A DNA stretch of 64,000 nucleotides from Parasitella parasitica NRRL 2501 (taxonomy: Eukaryota > Fungi > Mucoromycota), in NCBI GenBank assembly GCA_025201805.1, contig MU619250.1, positions 1 to 64,000 of the forward strand, in the 5' to 3' direction. This document shows, one piece after another, positions 49,460-61,958 of this stretch (position 1 is its first letter; every line of letters begins with the position of its first letter). The translations under genes were made by a program, and so were the position numbers. A model generated the notes under the pieces. It searched no databases, was not told the DNA's origin, and was given only the letters and a program-made list of their open reading frames with translations.

Positions 49460-49783
49460 ATGAAGCTTCTTTACTTTATTCTGATTGCTCTTATTTGCGC
49501 TCTTGTTCATGCTCAAGATGGCGACAGTTTCCAAATTGATTTTTACGAATCTCCCAATTACAAGAAACATAACGGTGTAATATCTGGCTCTGTTAAACCT
49601 GGCGAGGGCGCCGGTACTCCTAGAGGTAACATCACTGTTGCTTCCTTCAAATCGCCTTCCTGGTTGCAAGTAACACTCTTTGAAGGCCCTCGCTGGAGCG
49701 GCAAGTCCTATGTCTATAAAGGTCCTCAAAAGAAGATTTCTCCTCCTGTTGCGCTCCGTAGTGTCAAGTGGAAGCATTTGTAA
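49460..49783 (+). CDS. Small secreted protein (107 aa) with a single beta/gamma-crystallin-like Greek-key domain, intronless
   Basis: Signal peptide MKLLYFILIALICALVHA. Greek-key-like segments IDFYESPNY, VASFKSPSWLQVTLFEGPRWSGKSYVYKG and LRSVK. AATAAA downstream at ~49832. Confidence 0.7.
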   Translation: MKLLYFILIALICALVHAQDGDSFQIDFYESPNYKKHNGVISGSVKPGEGAGTPRGNITVASFKSPSWLQVTLFEGPRWSGKSYVYKGPQKKISPPVALRSVKWKHL

Positions 49784-51354
49784 TCACTTTATTTATGTCG
49801 CAATGTAGCAATTCGCATTCCATCTCTTTCAAATAAATAAAACTTGTACGGTCTTTCGCTGCTGATGCGAGCCATTTGCTAGAAAAGCTGATCTACAATA
49901 TTTATTAATAATCTGATAGCATGCATTTAAACTTTCTTTACGCCACAATGCATAACAGAGTCATATATTATAACCACAGGATGTCAAAGACATGTCGCAA
50001 TGAGTATATTATCTGTACCAACTTGTTCAGATCTAATGAAAGACTGAAAAGGACAAAATATTTTTATACATCCTTTTCCTGTGCACTGCTTATAATGTAA
50101 GTCCGTGATACCTTTCGATTTCTTATAATAGCACCACAACAAATATCAACTATTTTCAGTCGCAATAGCCTACCTTGCTTTTCCCATGTTCTAGACTAGG
50201 CCAATTTTGTGATGATGTACACTGAAAATTATGTAATTTCAATTACTACATAGCATTGAGTTTGCTCAGAGAGCCATCATGTATATAGACCGACACATAG
50301 CACACAAGAATAACATTGTCCCAAATATATAGCTGCTGATATAACCATAGCTTTATACATTACATGTAGTGCTAATATTCAAGTATACCATTTTTTTTTT
50401 TCGAAAACCATGTAGCTTTTGAAGAAATGTTAAAATAGCGAAGAGGTAGTGTTACGCTGAAAATGGTGTCTCCATTGGTTTATATCTTACAGAGATTATA
50501 CCAGATATTGCAGATTATGCCTTCAAGCAGGAAGGCAAAAGGTAATGAATGAAATTCTACAATTGCAGCGATTCCAAGTTGCGCGTGAAGCTTTTGCTTC
50601 ACTCCTCAATAGAAAATAGCTTTACAGGTTAATAATCAAATCTTTGTAGAGTGTTTCCCGATATGCGCACTACTAAGTATTTCCATCGAGCGATAAATTT
50701 TCTATTGAAAACAGTACAAGCCTAGGAAAGCAACTTTTCATAAACCAACCAATTTTTAATCCCAAGAAGCTTTTTAGTACTTTGATTTTTGAGTCAGCCA
50801 AATCAAGGTCATCCATAACACCAGTTGTTTGCTCGAAAATCAGTATTTTTTGATGAAGCAAAATTATTTGACAACGTATGAGCCTGTGAAGTAGTCCATG
50901 TATGGTAGTTTCTTTATTCAATTGGCAAGAAGATACTAGGTATCATCAGTAGATTATCCAAAACGTGCATAACTTGATACGTTGGGGAAATCGGGGAATA
51001 GTAGTCAGGTTCGTTTTTCTTTCAAGAAATGTCAAGATGTATCGTTGTTTTAGATCATCCCAAATCCGCAACGCCGAAAATTGAGCGTTAGATACGGGTC
51101 CCCACACAGGGCAAAAATATAATTAATGGTGTAGATTAGGTGGTAATTATTTCAACAACTAAAACAAAAATGACTTTGAAGGCTATATTTCACAACTAGT
51201 ACCATTTCAACACTTTGAAGTTACCTACTGAGAAAAAATCATACAGCGATTTTATTGAATTTTAGCTTTATTTACTCGATATTTTGTATGTGCGTAACAC
51301 TTGCGAGAGAAACCTGCTTGATCATACAGCAAAGAGTACTGGTATAAGTCTTTC

Positions 51355-51385
<31 letters not shown>

Positions 51386-51393
51386 ACGTATAG

Positions 51394-51427
<34 letters not shown>

Positions 51428-51496
51428 CAAGCTAGGCTACGCTCACATTCGAGTAACTACATGTTGTCATCTTGGAGCGGGTTATGTTTATAAAGT

Positions 51497-51829
51497 TTAC
51501 GAACTGCAATTGTTCCCCCAATCCAATGTCGAACTCTTTTGATGCTTTCTGCTTTTACCTAAGGTTTGAAATGACAGAGTTGGTGCATAGCAAATATTAA
51601 ACTGCATTGCTGATTCACATACAAACTCGTAATCCTTGTCGCTCATCATCATTTGATTTAGTAGGTCCTTTTGATGCAATTCTACATGTCCCTTGATAAG
51701 TCTTTTTATGTGCAATATCCTTTCCGCTTGATTTTCAGGCGGAACGCGAAGCTTGTACACTGTTTGGGAAGGATCACAGAAAGGACATTCCCATTGTTCG
51801 CCTTTCTTTGACGGATTGAATATTTTCAC
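51497..51829 (-). CDS. Hypothetical protein exon with CPFC...HxxxH zinc-finger-like motif; start unresolved
   Basis: WECPFCDP...LIKGHVELHQ in an open frame that begins right after a TGTAG acceptor. The candidate upstream exon (ATG ~51946) does not splice in phase. Confidence 0.4.
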   Translation of the reverse strand: MKIFNPSKKGEQWECPFCDPSQTVYKLRVPPENQAERILHIKRLIKGHVELHQKDLLNQMMMSDKDYEFVCESAMQFNICYAPTLSFQTLGKSRKHQKSSTLDWGNNCSS

Positions 51830-52373
51830 CTACATGTTCAGAAAAGAAAAATTAAGTCAAGAGCATTCTTTTCCAATTGTAAACCAGGAGGTTGCCTCTT
51901 CAATTGTGTTTTTTCTTGTAGTTTCTGTAATCAACTTTGAAAACATTTTTCTTTTCTTTTCTTTTCAATGTTTGTTGGCTTAAAAGAGAGAGAGAAAAGA
52001 AAGAAAAGTAAGGTCTGAGAAGAGGATATGCTCTTTTATTCTCTCTAGTATTTCTTTGGCAGGCCAATAGTCTGCAAAAAGATTAGTGCGCAAGGCATTA
52101 CCTTTTTTTTTTCCTTCTTGCATTCATACTATTGAAAACTAATTTTTCAAATGATATTGCATTTTTACTCTGTTTATCGTCGCTGCCCTGACTGTACACT
52201 GCATTTACCGTAGATTTGTGATGGTCTTGATGCTGTAAATCAAGCAAACGAAAAAACTCTCAGATTCAAATTGAAACCAACAGTAAAAAACGATCATGTG
52301 CGAATTTCTGCCAAACTTGATTCAACAATGAATGACACAACAGTTGAATAGATATTTATTATACATATAACCT

Positions 52374-52670
52374 TCAATAACCTGCATTAGAAGGGACATA
52401 GAAGCCAGCATGTAAGTGGCCCATTGTACTTGATTTCAATGCGGTTAGCTGTCGAGTTATATTTGCTCATGCATTTGGTTCTTACTTTGACAAAAGAATA
52501 TACACCTCTTCACTAGAGTTTAGCGACAGTTTGTTTGTAATGTTACGTTTGACTGATTTGCATGCTTCCTTTATGCTACGTATCGGTTGAAAAATGGGTG
52601 ATTTGCTGGGTGCTTTGTTCTTGTTTTTACTGCCAGCAGTGAACATTTCAGAAGGGTAAATAGCAACCAT
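52374..52670 (-). CDS. Small hypothetical basic protein (~79 aa), 2 exons
   Basis: MVAIYPSEMF...EEVYILLS|NTMGHLHAGFYVPSNAGY*. Intron 52485-52429 has a GTAAG donor, GCTAAC branch point and AAG acceptor. Confidence 0.55.
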
Positions 52671-52888
52671 TATGGGGTATTATGAATTAAAATGAGGATG
52701 TTGAATAAAGAAAGAAAGGCTTCATGTAAGATAATTGATCAGTTTTATATTCTGCATGAATAATATGCGAGACATGTTAGCTGTATTTGCAGTAATGATC
52801 AGGAGAGACACACAGAATAAGTCTCCCTTCGCATTCAGGACATTACAACAAGCCCAACCTCCTTGTCGTCTAATACTGAGTTTATTGT

Positions 52889-54781
52889 CTAAAAGTCTCT
52901 CAAGATCATGACTACAGAGTCCATTCTTGACTTGGCAACTTCCAGTCGTTCAATAATTTTGTCCATATTAGCAATCTCCTTCTTTTCACCATCACTAAGC
53001 AAATCTGGGTTCTCCAATACATCTCTCCTAAGGGTTTTATCAATGAGCCGTCTACGGATGCTGAGCTCATATTCTTTTCGTTGCTGAAGATTACAGATAG
53101 CACGGTACGCATCCACCAGCAATTCCTCATAGCATTTTTCTAGTGGCACATACCACAAATGGAAACATCTGCCAGGTGCACGGTCAGCAGATCTGGGAAT
53201 CTCCTGAATCTCGACAAAACCCTTCGTCTTTAGCAGGGCCAGCTTTTCTCTCGTGTCTTTGGGGGGTAACATGGCTAATTTTTGGACTTGCGATTCGTCT
53301 AGTTTACCTCGCTCGATCAAAATTCTGAGAATACGGCATGTTGCAACACCATAACGCTCACGGATTAATCCTTCTACAACTCTTCTCTTCATCGTATTGC
53401 GTAGCTTGGCGAAATCAACTGCATATTGGCTTGCGCCTCGTTCGTCTTTGGATTTCACAAAGCCTGCAGTATCTGTCTTTAGTAAGATGATGTAGCCGCG
53501 CACTGTCTCCTGCAGACTGGGGCCCTTTTTAGGGTCAAGCAGGTCTTTGGGTAAACTGATGTCTCCCCTACTAGCAATATCAGTTTTGGAGACGAAATTT
53601 GCAATGTGAATGGGTGTTGCAGAAGCTAAGCAAAAAAAAAAAAAAAAGGGGGGGGGGCATTAATTTACGCCCATCTTATGTACACTGACACTTACGAGAA
53701 TCCTCCTCTTTTAAAGAGTGTATTTTGTCTTTGCCATACTCTAAAAATGCCTTGACAATTTCACCGGCTGTGCGATTAATACGTTCAGTAGCAAAATCCA
53801 CAATAGACTCATTTCTGAACACCAGGTTGAATTTGTCGTAGTTTATAGCAAAGAAGACTTTCTCGTCGACTTCTTCGTCGTTCAAATCATCAAGATCGTC
53901 GTTTCCTCCGTATTCATCAAGAGCCGCACGCTTGCGTTGATATTCAAGAGGATCTAGTGCCTTTCGTTTCATACCGACGGTTTCAATTGAGCTGTATTCG
54001 GCATCAATCTGAGCTTTAGCTGTGGTTTTCGCATGTTGAAGTTCTTTGGCTGTCATAATAGTGTATTTTTCCGTCTCTTTCTCGGTTGCTGCCAAATAAC
54101 GATCCATTGCAGAGCGACTGTGCTCTGGCATTACTGCTCTAATATAGTGAGTTGAGACAAGCTGTGTAAACGTCTTTACATGTTTATCTGTTTCTAAATT
54201 CAAAATGCTCAATTGTTGGTTTTGAAAGTTTAGAAGTGCACTGTGTTTGAACTTACTTGATTCTTTGCCATTTTGAGTCAGCCATTTCTTGACTCCTGCC
54301 AATGTCATACGTCCATTAGTGAACAAAAGCTTACAAATTGACGAGGCCTAGTTACAAACATTAGCACAAAATCCTCTTTTTTTTTTTAGGAATCTGTTTC
54401 TAATAAAGCACCTCGTGTCCAAAGCGATCCTCGACATCTCGAAGAATAGAACCCATGCGCAAACGCATCATAATTCTTTCAGCATCGGTGGTATAAAAAG
54501 TAGGCTCATTTTTGCCGTCAAGAGACTCTGAAAAAAAAGTAATTCCATGTTGAATAAGCACTACCAGGCATTCTCGCACTTGTTTTGCTGGCAAACTTGT
54601 AAAACGGGCCAAGTCTGAAAGTGTCAAGCGACCTTTGAGAAGCATTTGACGGCCAACCTTCTACAATAATTGCGGCATTAGCATTGCATTGTCTCATCTG
54701 TCCATGTGTATCACATACTGCAACAAAAGGGCCGAAATCCTCTGCTAAAATTTCTTTACATAGACGAGATTCAGACGACAT
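52889..54781 (-). CDS. RPC82: RNA polymerase III subunit RPC3/Rpc82 (POLR3C)
   Basis: LCKEILAEDFGPFVA, LLKGRLTL...VRECLVVLIQHG, FAINYDKFN...FRNESIV, RILRILIERGKLDESQVQKLAM, QEIPRSADRAPGRCFHLW. Confidence 0.95.
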
Positions 54782-55226
54782 ATAGAGTTGATGATCGTGA
54801 TAAATGAACAAGTAAAGTTATTCTGTTAAAGAGTAATGCCTTTGATGTTTTGTGGGATCAAAAAAATTTGAGGCTTGGAAAGTCGCAAATGTGACCTTGT
54901 TATGTGCGGAAATGAAGGTCTTTGACATGAATAGACAATGCCTGAGGGTTACTAACCCTTCTAGTATTTTTGACAGATATACCTGTTGCCTGTTTCATTC
55001 AAGACGCGGATAAAATCAAATTTTCAACTAGATTTCCGTCATCGAAAAACACTATGACACCATTATGATGCCTACTTGAATTGTCAACATATCAAGATAG
55101 ATGGTACATTGTGCCAAATAAGTACTACATATCACTCCTGTCAAGTCTGCTTTTTTTCTTTTTTATATTTATATATATATATATATATATTATGAATGTT
55201 TCCATTCAAAATTTGACATCTCGTTG

Positions 55227-55981
55227 CTACAGAGTTTCTAGTTTTGTCGAGTGTTGCATATTCGGTGGAGGATATGTTATTTCTTGCTGTCGTGCTACTT
55301 TGCACAACTCTTGAAAAAACCTATGTAATCACATTAATTAGGATACAGATGTAAATAGACATCTTACTTTAGTTTCTGAGGCCTTTGATACGCAGATACG
55401 ATGCCGCTGGTACTGGGCATGACAAACATGACAGTCTCCCCCTCACCATCCCGCGAAAGCCATTTAACATTGTGTTCTTTAGGTTGAAGGCCCATTATGC
55501 TACATTTCTTGCCTGAATATATCTCAAAGATGCCTTTGCCGACAAAGCAAGCAACTCTAGGGCGAAGTGACTCAAATTTGTGATTTAGCACCGGGATTCC
55601 TTCTCTTTGCTCTGCGAGTGACAAGTCAGATTGTCTGCGGGTTGTTCTCGCTGTCAGATTTGTAAATCCCAGTCGGAACAGCGCTGGCATGTCTGCATCC
55701 TCTGAAAATGTCACCTTGCGATCTACTAAACCACTGTCAGACAAGCACGGCCAAAAATGATTAGTTGGTCCAGCGTAATGATGGCCTCTTGCAGCACTTG
55801 TTAGACCTGGGTTGATACCCACAAATAGCACACTCAAATCATCGGCCATGAGATCAGGTACGCCCTGTAGGCCTGGTTCAGTTTTGACCTCGGTTTTGAT
55901 TGTTTTTGTTTCTTTTTTTTTAAAGTAAGGTGATATCTTTGATGTTTCACGCTTGATTTGTGTGTAGTGTATTTCCTTCAT
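55227..55981 (-). CDS. G:T/U mismatch-specific DNA glycosylase (UDG family 2, TDG/MUG/Thp1-like), 2 exons
   Basis: VLFVGINPGLTSAARGHHYAGPTNHFW, GFTNL, FVGKGI and MPSTSG motifs; second exon ends at TAG 55227-55229. Confidence 0.93.
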
Positions 55982-56406
55982 TGATTATATCTCTCACAAT
56001 TGAAAGACAAAGGGATGAAATAGAATTACGACTACGGGTTTATTTAGTATTTTTGCAGGATTTCAGTCATGGTTTAACTGTCATGAAACAGTCCTCTACA
56101 GTTTGCAAATTTATAGTACAAATCAGAATCAAATGTTGAAGAATGTACATAAGTAATTTGATTAGAAAAGCGAGGGAGGCAAAAGGAGGGATATGATAAA
56201 AGAAAGAAAGAAAGAAAAAAAAAAGAAATTATAAGGATTGTGCGTACGTATATAAAATATGGGAAAGAGAGAAAAGAAAAAAAAAAAAAGAATTACGAAT
56301 AAATGATACAGAGAAGCAGAGAAATGGGTACAAGAAGGGCTTTCTCACAAAGAAAAAGGCCAAAATTTGTTTAAAAAAAATCTAATAATTAGTTGTTCTT
56401 CTACGT

Positions 56407-58811
56407 TCAAATACCAGATCTCGGTCTTTCACTAGTGGAAGATTTTCCTTCCGGAGAAGGCTGTGGTATGTTGTTGGGCGTTACCACGTTTTTTTCATTT
56501 GGAGAGATGCTGCTCTGATCAATTTGCTGTTGTTTTCGTTGCAATTTGTCCTTCTTTTTCATGTCTTCCCAGACGCCAATATTTTCATTGATCTGATCTA
56601 CAGTAAACTGCATGCCTAAATTAATTCAGTGAGTCTGAGCCGCTCTACATCGATAACGCAGCATGGATACGTACAAGGAGTTACACTGCTGACAGATTCA
56701 AAGAGCTTCATTGCAACAAACCGCTTGAACGTGAGTTGAAAGTCCTCCAATGGAATTTTTCCTCTTTCATTGATTGGTAAAACAGACATCCCTAGTTCTT
56801 TCTCGAGGTCGCCCTGTTCAAAGAATTCTTCTGCTAGTATTTGAGCCCATCTTTTGGCAGATTCAAACGGACGAGCCTATTCAAGAATGTTATTATCCGC
56901 CGCCGTTTTCTATTCGAATGCAGTTATACTTGCACAATTACTGATATCAGCACATTTGATTAAGGCTCCACAAATCAAAATCTTTTCTTTCTCACAAGTG
57001 GCCTTGTCGGTAAAATCAATCTTGTTTCGCTGCAGTCGCTGAGCTTGATCTTGAATTTTTGTAACATATTCGTCATGCATGCTCATGTCTGTAGCTAGTA
57101 TACTGTTTACGACAATCTTACGAAACGCTACATCATTTGTGGATTAGTACCGCATTTTTCCTCACAAAAAGCATAAAAAGACCTACTAGCATATTCTGGG
57201 TTAGAGCAAAGATCTGTCAATTGACTGAAACAATGCTCTCTCAGTAAATGAAAAAAGGACATCGCATGGAAGCTCTCTAGAACAGACTTATCATTGTACA
57301 AGATAGCTAATGGCGCTGAAGTAGTAATCTAAAAATAAAATATAAATAAAAAAAAGACAACGTCTAGTTAGTACGGAAAATCTAACCAATCTCCAACAGT
57401 CAGTCATGGTACCATAAAGTTATTATTCACACCAGGATGTCCAACATCATGGCCAATACTAGCCATAAGCAATGCGAATATATCTAAAGGGTGAAATAAA
57501 CCCTTGATTCCAGAGTGACCCTCAGGAAAAGAAACACTGGAGTCCATAGGTTCTAAAACGCCTAGTCTACACAAAAAATAGTAATTTGCTTGAAGTACGT
57601 CCACTGCGTGTCGAAAATTGTGGTAAGGATTTGTGCTGTGATAGGAATTGCAAATGTCAAAGATAAAGTGGTACAAATCACCTATGGATTTTTGATTTTA
57701 GTACGGGGTCAAGGCGTCCACGTGTTTTACGTTTTGTACGACTTACCACTGGGAACACGGAGCGCTTCAAGTTCATTAAAAGTCGAGAGAACCTGGCTCA
57801 ATATCATATACACAACTTGAATAAGATCCTTGTTGTCCAAGTCCAGCGGGAGGAATTCCCAGCTGCATATCTGTACCTCGAGGTACTCTTTGCGATCACT
57901 ACTCAAGCATTTCTGTAAGCCTACCTCCTTCATGATGTCTCTATGGCGATCTTACTTTAGCATGGATGTCATTGAAGATCTTCTGACGCTTGGCTTAGGG
58001 GTATAATAGTCCGCCACAAGTTTAGATAGCCTAAACGCACAAGTTAGCAATCCCTGATCCGTAGAAGCCGCAATAAGAGAACCTACCATTGCTCTTGACG
58101 GAACACACCCTTAAGACGTCCCTTAAACTTTGCCCAAATCTCTCCACATTGCGAGTCTGCCTCCATTGTGCACGCTCTTGATGTCTGACACCCAGTATCC
58201 ATGGTTTTTTCGGCTTTATTAATGTGATATCGAGTGACATTCTATACAGCGTTTAGACGTTGTTTTGTAGCCTGGAAAACTGATAACGTACCAAGAATAA
58301 AGTTTTAATCACATCTTTGGATAACGGCTTGAGAAGAAAGTCTGCAGCTCCTTCATGTAGACATTTTACCATAAACGTTGGAGAATCTTGATAAGCGCAA
58401 ACTACAAAGGAAAAAGACTGAGCAGGGCAATAGCGTTTTAATTTCTTCTTCTTTTACCTATTGGAACCACATTGCTTAAAAGACCTTGTCGCAAAAAATG
58501 AACGATTTGGATCAACAAATCCGGACATTCATCAGCAAATTTCATGTCGCAAGATTCAGCATCAATCAATAAAAGAGTTGATGTTGTTTCGTTTTGTTGC
58601 TGCTTCTTGAGTTCGGCAATGATGTCTGATTTTCTGGAATGAACGACAACTAGCAACAGAGCCATGTGAGACATCTGTCTAAAAAAGTAACCGACGCTGC
58701 ATACTTACCATTCGAGAATACAGAGTAAAGCAAATCGAGCGTTGGAGTAAAATTTTCCTTGCAGTCATAATAAACAACGACCGAGCAGTTGTTTGGATTC
58801 AAACGCTTCAT
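56407..58811 (-). CDS. PDE2: Class I 3',5'-cyclic nucleotide phosphodiesterase (Pde2/PdeH/RegA-like) with N-terminal receiver-like domain
   Basis: PYHNFRHAVDVLQ, HDVGHPGVNN, YNDKSVLESFH, ILATDM, IKCADISNC|ARPF, EEFFEQGDLEKELG. N-terminal CSVVVYYD...LLLID...VVPIVCA...MVKCLHEGAADFLLKPL. Confidence 0.92.
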
Positions 58812-60612
58812 AATGTCACTATCTGCTGTTGATTATCTATACATTTCATCCAATATTCGTTTAATATCTTGGCATTTCTGTCTTGAAAAAACCCCTTTAA
58901 TTGTTATTTACCTATAGAAGACACACAAACACTTGAAAATATATATGTACAAATAAAAGAAAGATTGGTTTTTTTCTCAAAGGAAAAAAAAAAAAAAAAG
59001 AGAGACACACACACACACAAAGTGAGAGACAGAGAAAGGAAATAGCGGGGCGCGATAATATAATCTCAAAATGATTGGCTTCTCAAAACTGTCAAGACAT
59101 CCCACTTTTCTTGTCCACCATTCTGTTGGAATCGAGAGCGGAATGAAAAGCGAGACAATCCGTCCTTTGCCTTGGAAATGCGCAAACCAGATTGGGTTTC
59201 TTTCAAACTGTTTACTTTACTGGCTCCTGAATGCTTTGTGCTCCAATCTTCAATTGTTTGATTTGATAGAAGATTCAGAGGTGTTGTAGCATAGCAATCC
59301 AGTAATTGCATATGCTGTAGACAGGAGTAGATGCTGCTTTTTCAAAGCAAAGTTCAAAAAAAGAAAAAAAAAACAACTTTATAGAACAACACATACGAAG
59401 CTTTTACTCGAACAGAGCCTGCCTTCTAATTGCCACATGGAACATCAACAATTAAAAGGCATTACATCTAGAAAAACATTACCAATTCCGAAGGACACAT
59501 GACTAATCGTAATTAACTAGTTGACTACACTCACTATCATTATAATTTTGCGATATGCAACTGATATTCAGTATCTCCATCGTTATTCTTCGGTAAAATG
59601 TCAGTTAGCACACGGCTAATGCCACTCCCTGGTTTCTAACAAAAGTCTGCTGGAAGATTGCAGCAGAATACTACAAGAAAGTATACGGTAGATATAACCA
59701 TATTTGATTACATTCTTGAGATCAAAGCAAGAGCAGCGTATATACACCTTGCATTGTTTTCTCATTGTAAATTTTAACGATTAATGTCATTGATGGATAA
59801 AAGACGAAAGACCTGCAAATTGGTAAACAATCTTTAGCTGCGGGACTTTGTGATGCAGGGTCTTACACTACTCGAACACAGTTTATTCAAATTTGCTTGA
59901 CTCAAATGTCAAAGTATGATAATCTTTGTTGTCATAATATTGAATAATCTTGCAGCATATGGGACTATGGCTGATACCAAATTTTGCAAGTAAACCAGAT
60001 CCAAGTTTCCAAGGTTCCAAACAAATTTGTGCCTCGTAAAGCCAACTGACATCAAGACCTGTGACAGGATGAGCGGGTGGCAAGAATGATAAATGTTTCA
60101 ATCTCTCGTAACCGCCACCAGGATTAGATATCAAATGATTGCAGGACACAAGAGATGCAGTACAACGTAATAAAGACCCTGCTATCAAGTGATCATCAAC
60201 CGCAACGAGTATTCTTTATTGCAGTTGTTTTTGGATATAAACAAACACAGCTCGAAACATCAACTTTTCCCCCATACACATTAGGGGTATTGGTTGATCC
60301 AGCATTCGAGATTCGCTATGGATGTGAGCTCACTGGAAAGCAATAATTCAATATAAGCCATACATGTGATTCATCATTTCCAACCTTACTTGGATGAATC
60401 GCAATGCAAAATGATGCAAACAATGATGATATGGAAAGATGATACACCAGCATATCAAGGCAACGTGGATTATGTGATTGGCTTCCCTCCGACTAACGAA
60501 AACCGTAAACTTTCAGGATAGAATAAAAAGGGTCCTCAAGGTTTTTGTTTTTTTTGTTTTTTTTTCCATTTCTCAACCGGGTAGAAAAAACACACACACA
60601 CTTATATATATA

Positions 60613-61732
60613 ATGAGATTAATAATTCGCGAGGATTATGACGAAGTAGCAGAATTCGTCGGTTTGTAAACACACTACTTTGCTCTGCCGCTATCTTGGA
60701 TATCTGCTAATCTTAAATTATGTCTAGCTAATTACATAAAAGAACGCATTCGCCAATTTGAGCCTGGACCTGAAAGACCCTTTGTTTTGGGTTTACCTAC
60801 AGGGTCTTCGCCTATTGGAGTGTACAAGCGCCTAGTAGAGCTTTACAAGTCTGGCCAGGTTAGCTTTCAGTACGTCGTAACTTTCAATATGGATGAGTAT
60901 GTTGGATTACCGCGAGACCACTCTGAATCTTATCATTCATTTATGTGGAAGAATTTATTCATGCATGTTGATATTCGGCCGGAAAATGTCAACATTTTGG
61001 ATGGTAATGCACCTGATTTGGACGAAGAGTGCAAGAAATTCGAGGCTGCGATCACTCGTGTAGGAGGCATTGAGTTGTTCTTGGGTGGCATTGGCCCTGA
61101 TGGTCATATAGCTTTCAATGAGCCTGGATCCTCTCTGACTTCTCGGACACGTGTAAAGACATTGGCGTATGAAACAATCATCGCTAATGCCAGGTTTTTT
61201 GACGGTGACATTGCAAAAGTACCAAAACTTGCATTGACAGTTGGAGTAGCGTAAGAGAAATCAATAATTATGCGGCTGGTGTTTCTGTACTGACATCCAA
61301 GTTAGTACTGTTATGGATGCTCGTGAAGTGGTTATACTTATCACAGGCGCTCATAAGGTGAGGATCCAGCAAAACGAATCCTAAAGCATGTCTTTAATAT
61401 AGTTCAAATAGGCAATCGCATTAGCTAAATGTATCGAAGAAGGCGTGAACCACATGTGGACTGTTTCCGCCATTCAAATGCATCCCAAGGGATTGATCGT
61501 GTGTGACGAAGATGCCACCTTGGAGCTTCATGTTAAGGTATGTCCTACAAGATGATGAAGAGCCAATGCTAACATGTATCTGTAAATACAGACCGTAAAG
61601 TACTTTAAATCAATTGAGCATGTTCATCATTCTTTGATAGGCTCTGAAAATTTGTCGCTTCAAGGCGGTGTCAAGCAGCTCAAAAATGTCTTGGCTGTTG
61701 CTGACACAAGACCTTCAACTCCAATGGAGTAA
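60613..61732 (+). CDS. NAG1: Glucosamine-6-phosphate deaminase (isomerase), 5 exons
   Basis: [93 protein letters not shown]|TVKYFK. Confidence 0.97.
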
Positions 61733-61958
61733 CTATAGCCCTCAAAACACAATCTTTTATATTATAATCATTATAGCAAAAATTCTTAATAAATTGTGAA
61801 TCCAGACATCAATCGCCCAAAGAGTAATTTAGCATATCCAGCATGTCAGTTTTACCTTGTGGGCTGGAAACCTAGTCGCTGAGAATGTGACTCTTGCAAT
61901 ACCTGTTATTTTACAAGCTTTTCGCCAAGGTTGCGTTTTTTTCTTTCATCACAACATA

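Noticed and set aside
50450-51080. Coding-like fragments on the minus strand (82-aa ORF 50673-50921)
   Set aside because: Multiple stops in all frames and no identifiable family.
59883-60188. 101-aa minus-strand ORF (HLISNPGGGYERLKHLSFLPPAHP...)
   Set aside because: Non-ATG start, no recognisable motif and no consistent splice model. It could be a relic, but this cannot be supported.
60613-61732. GlcNAc catabolic gene cluster around NAG1
   Set aside because: The neighbours are PDE and PFS2; no deacetylase, kinase or transporter is adjacent in this window.
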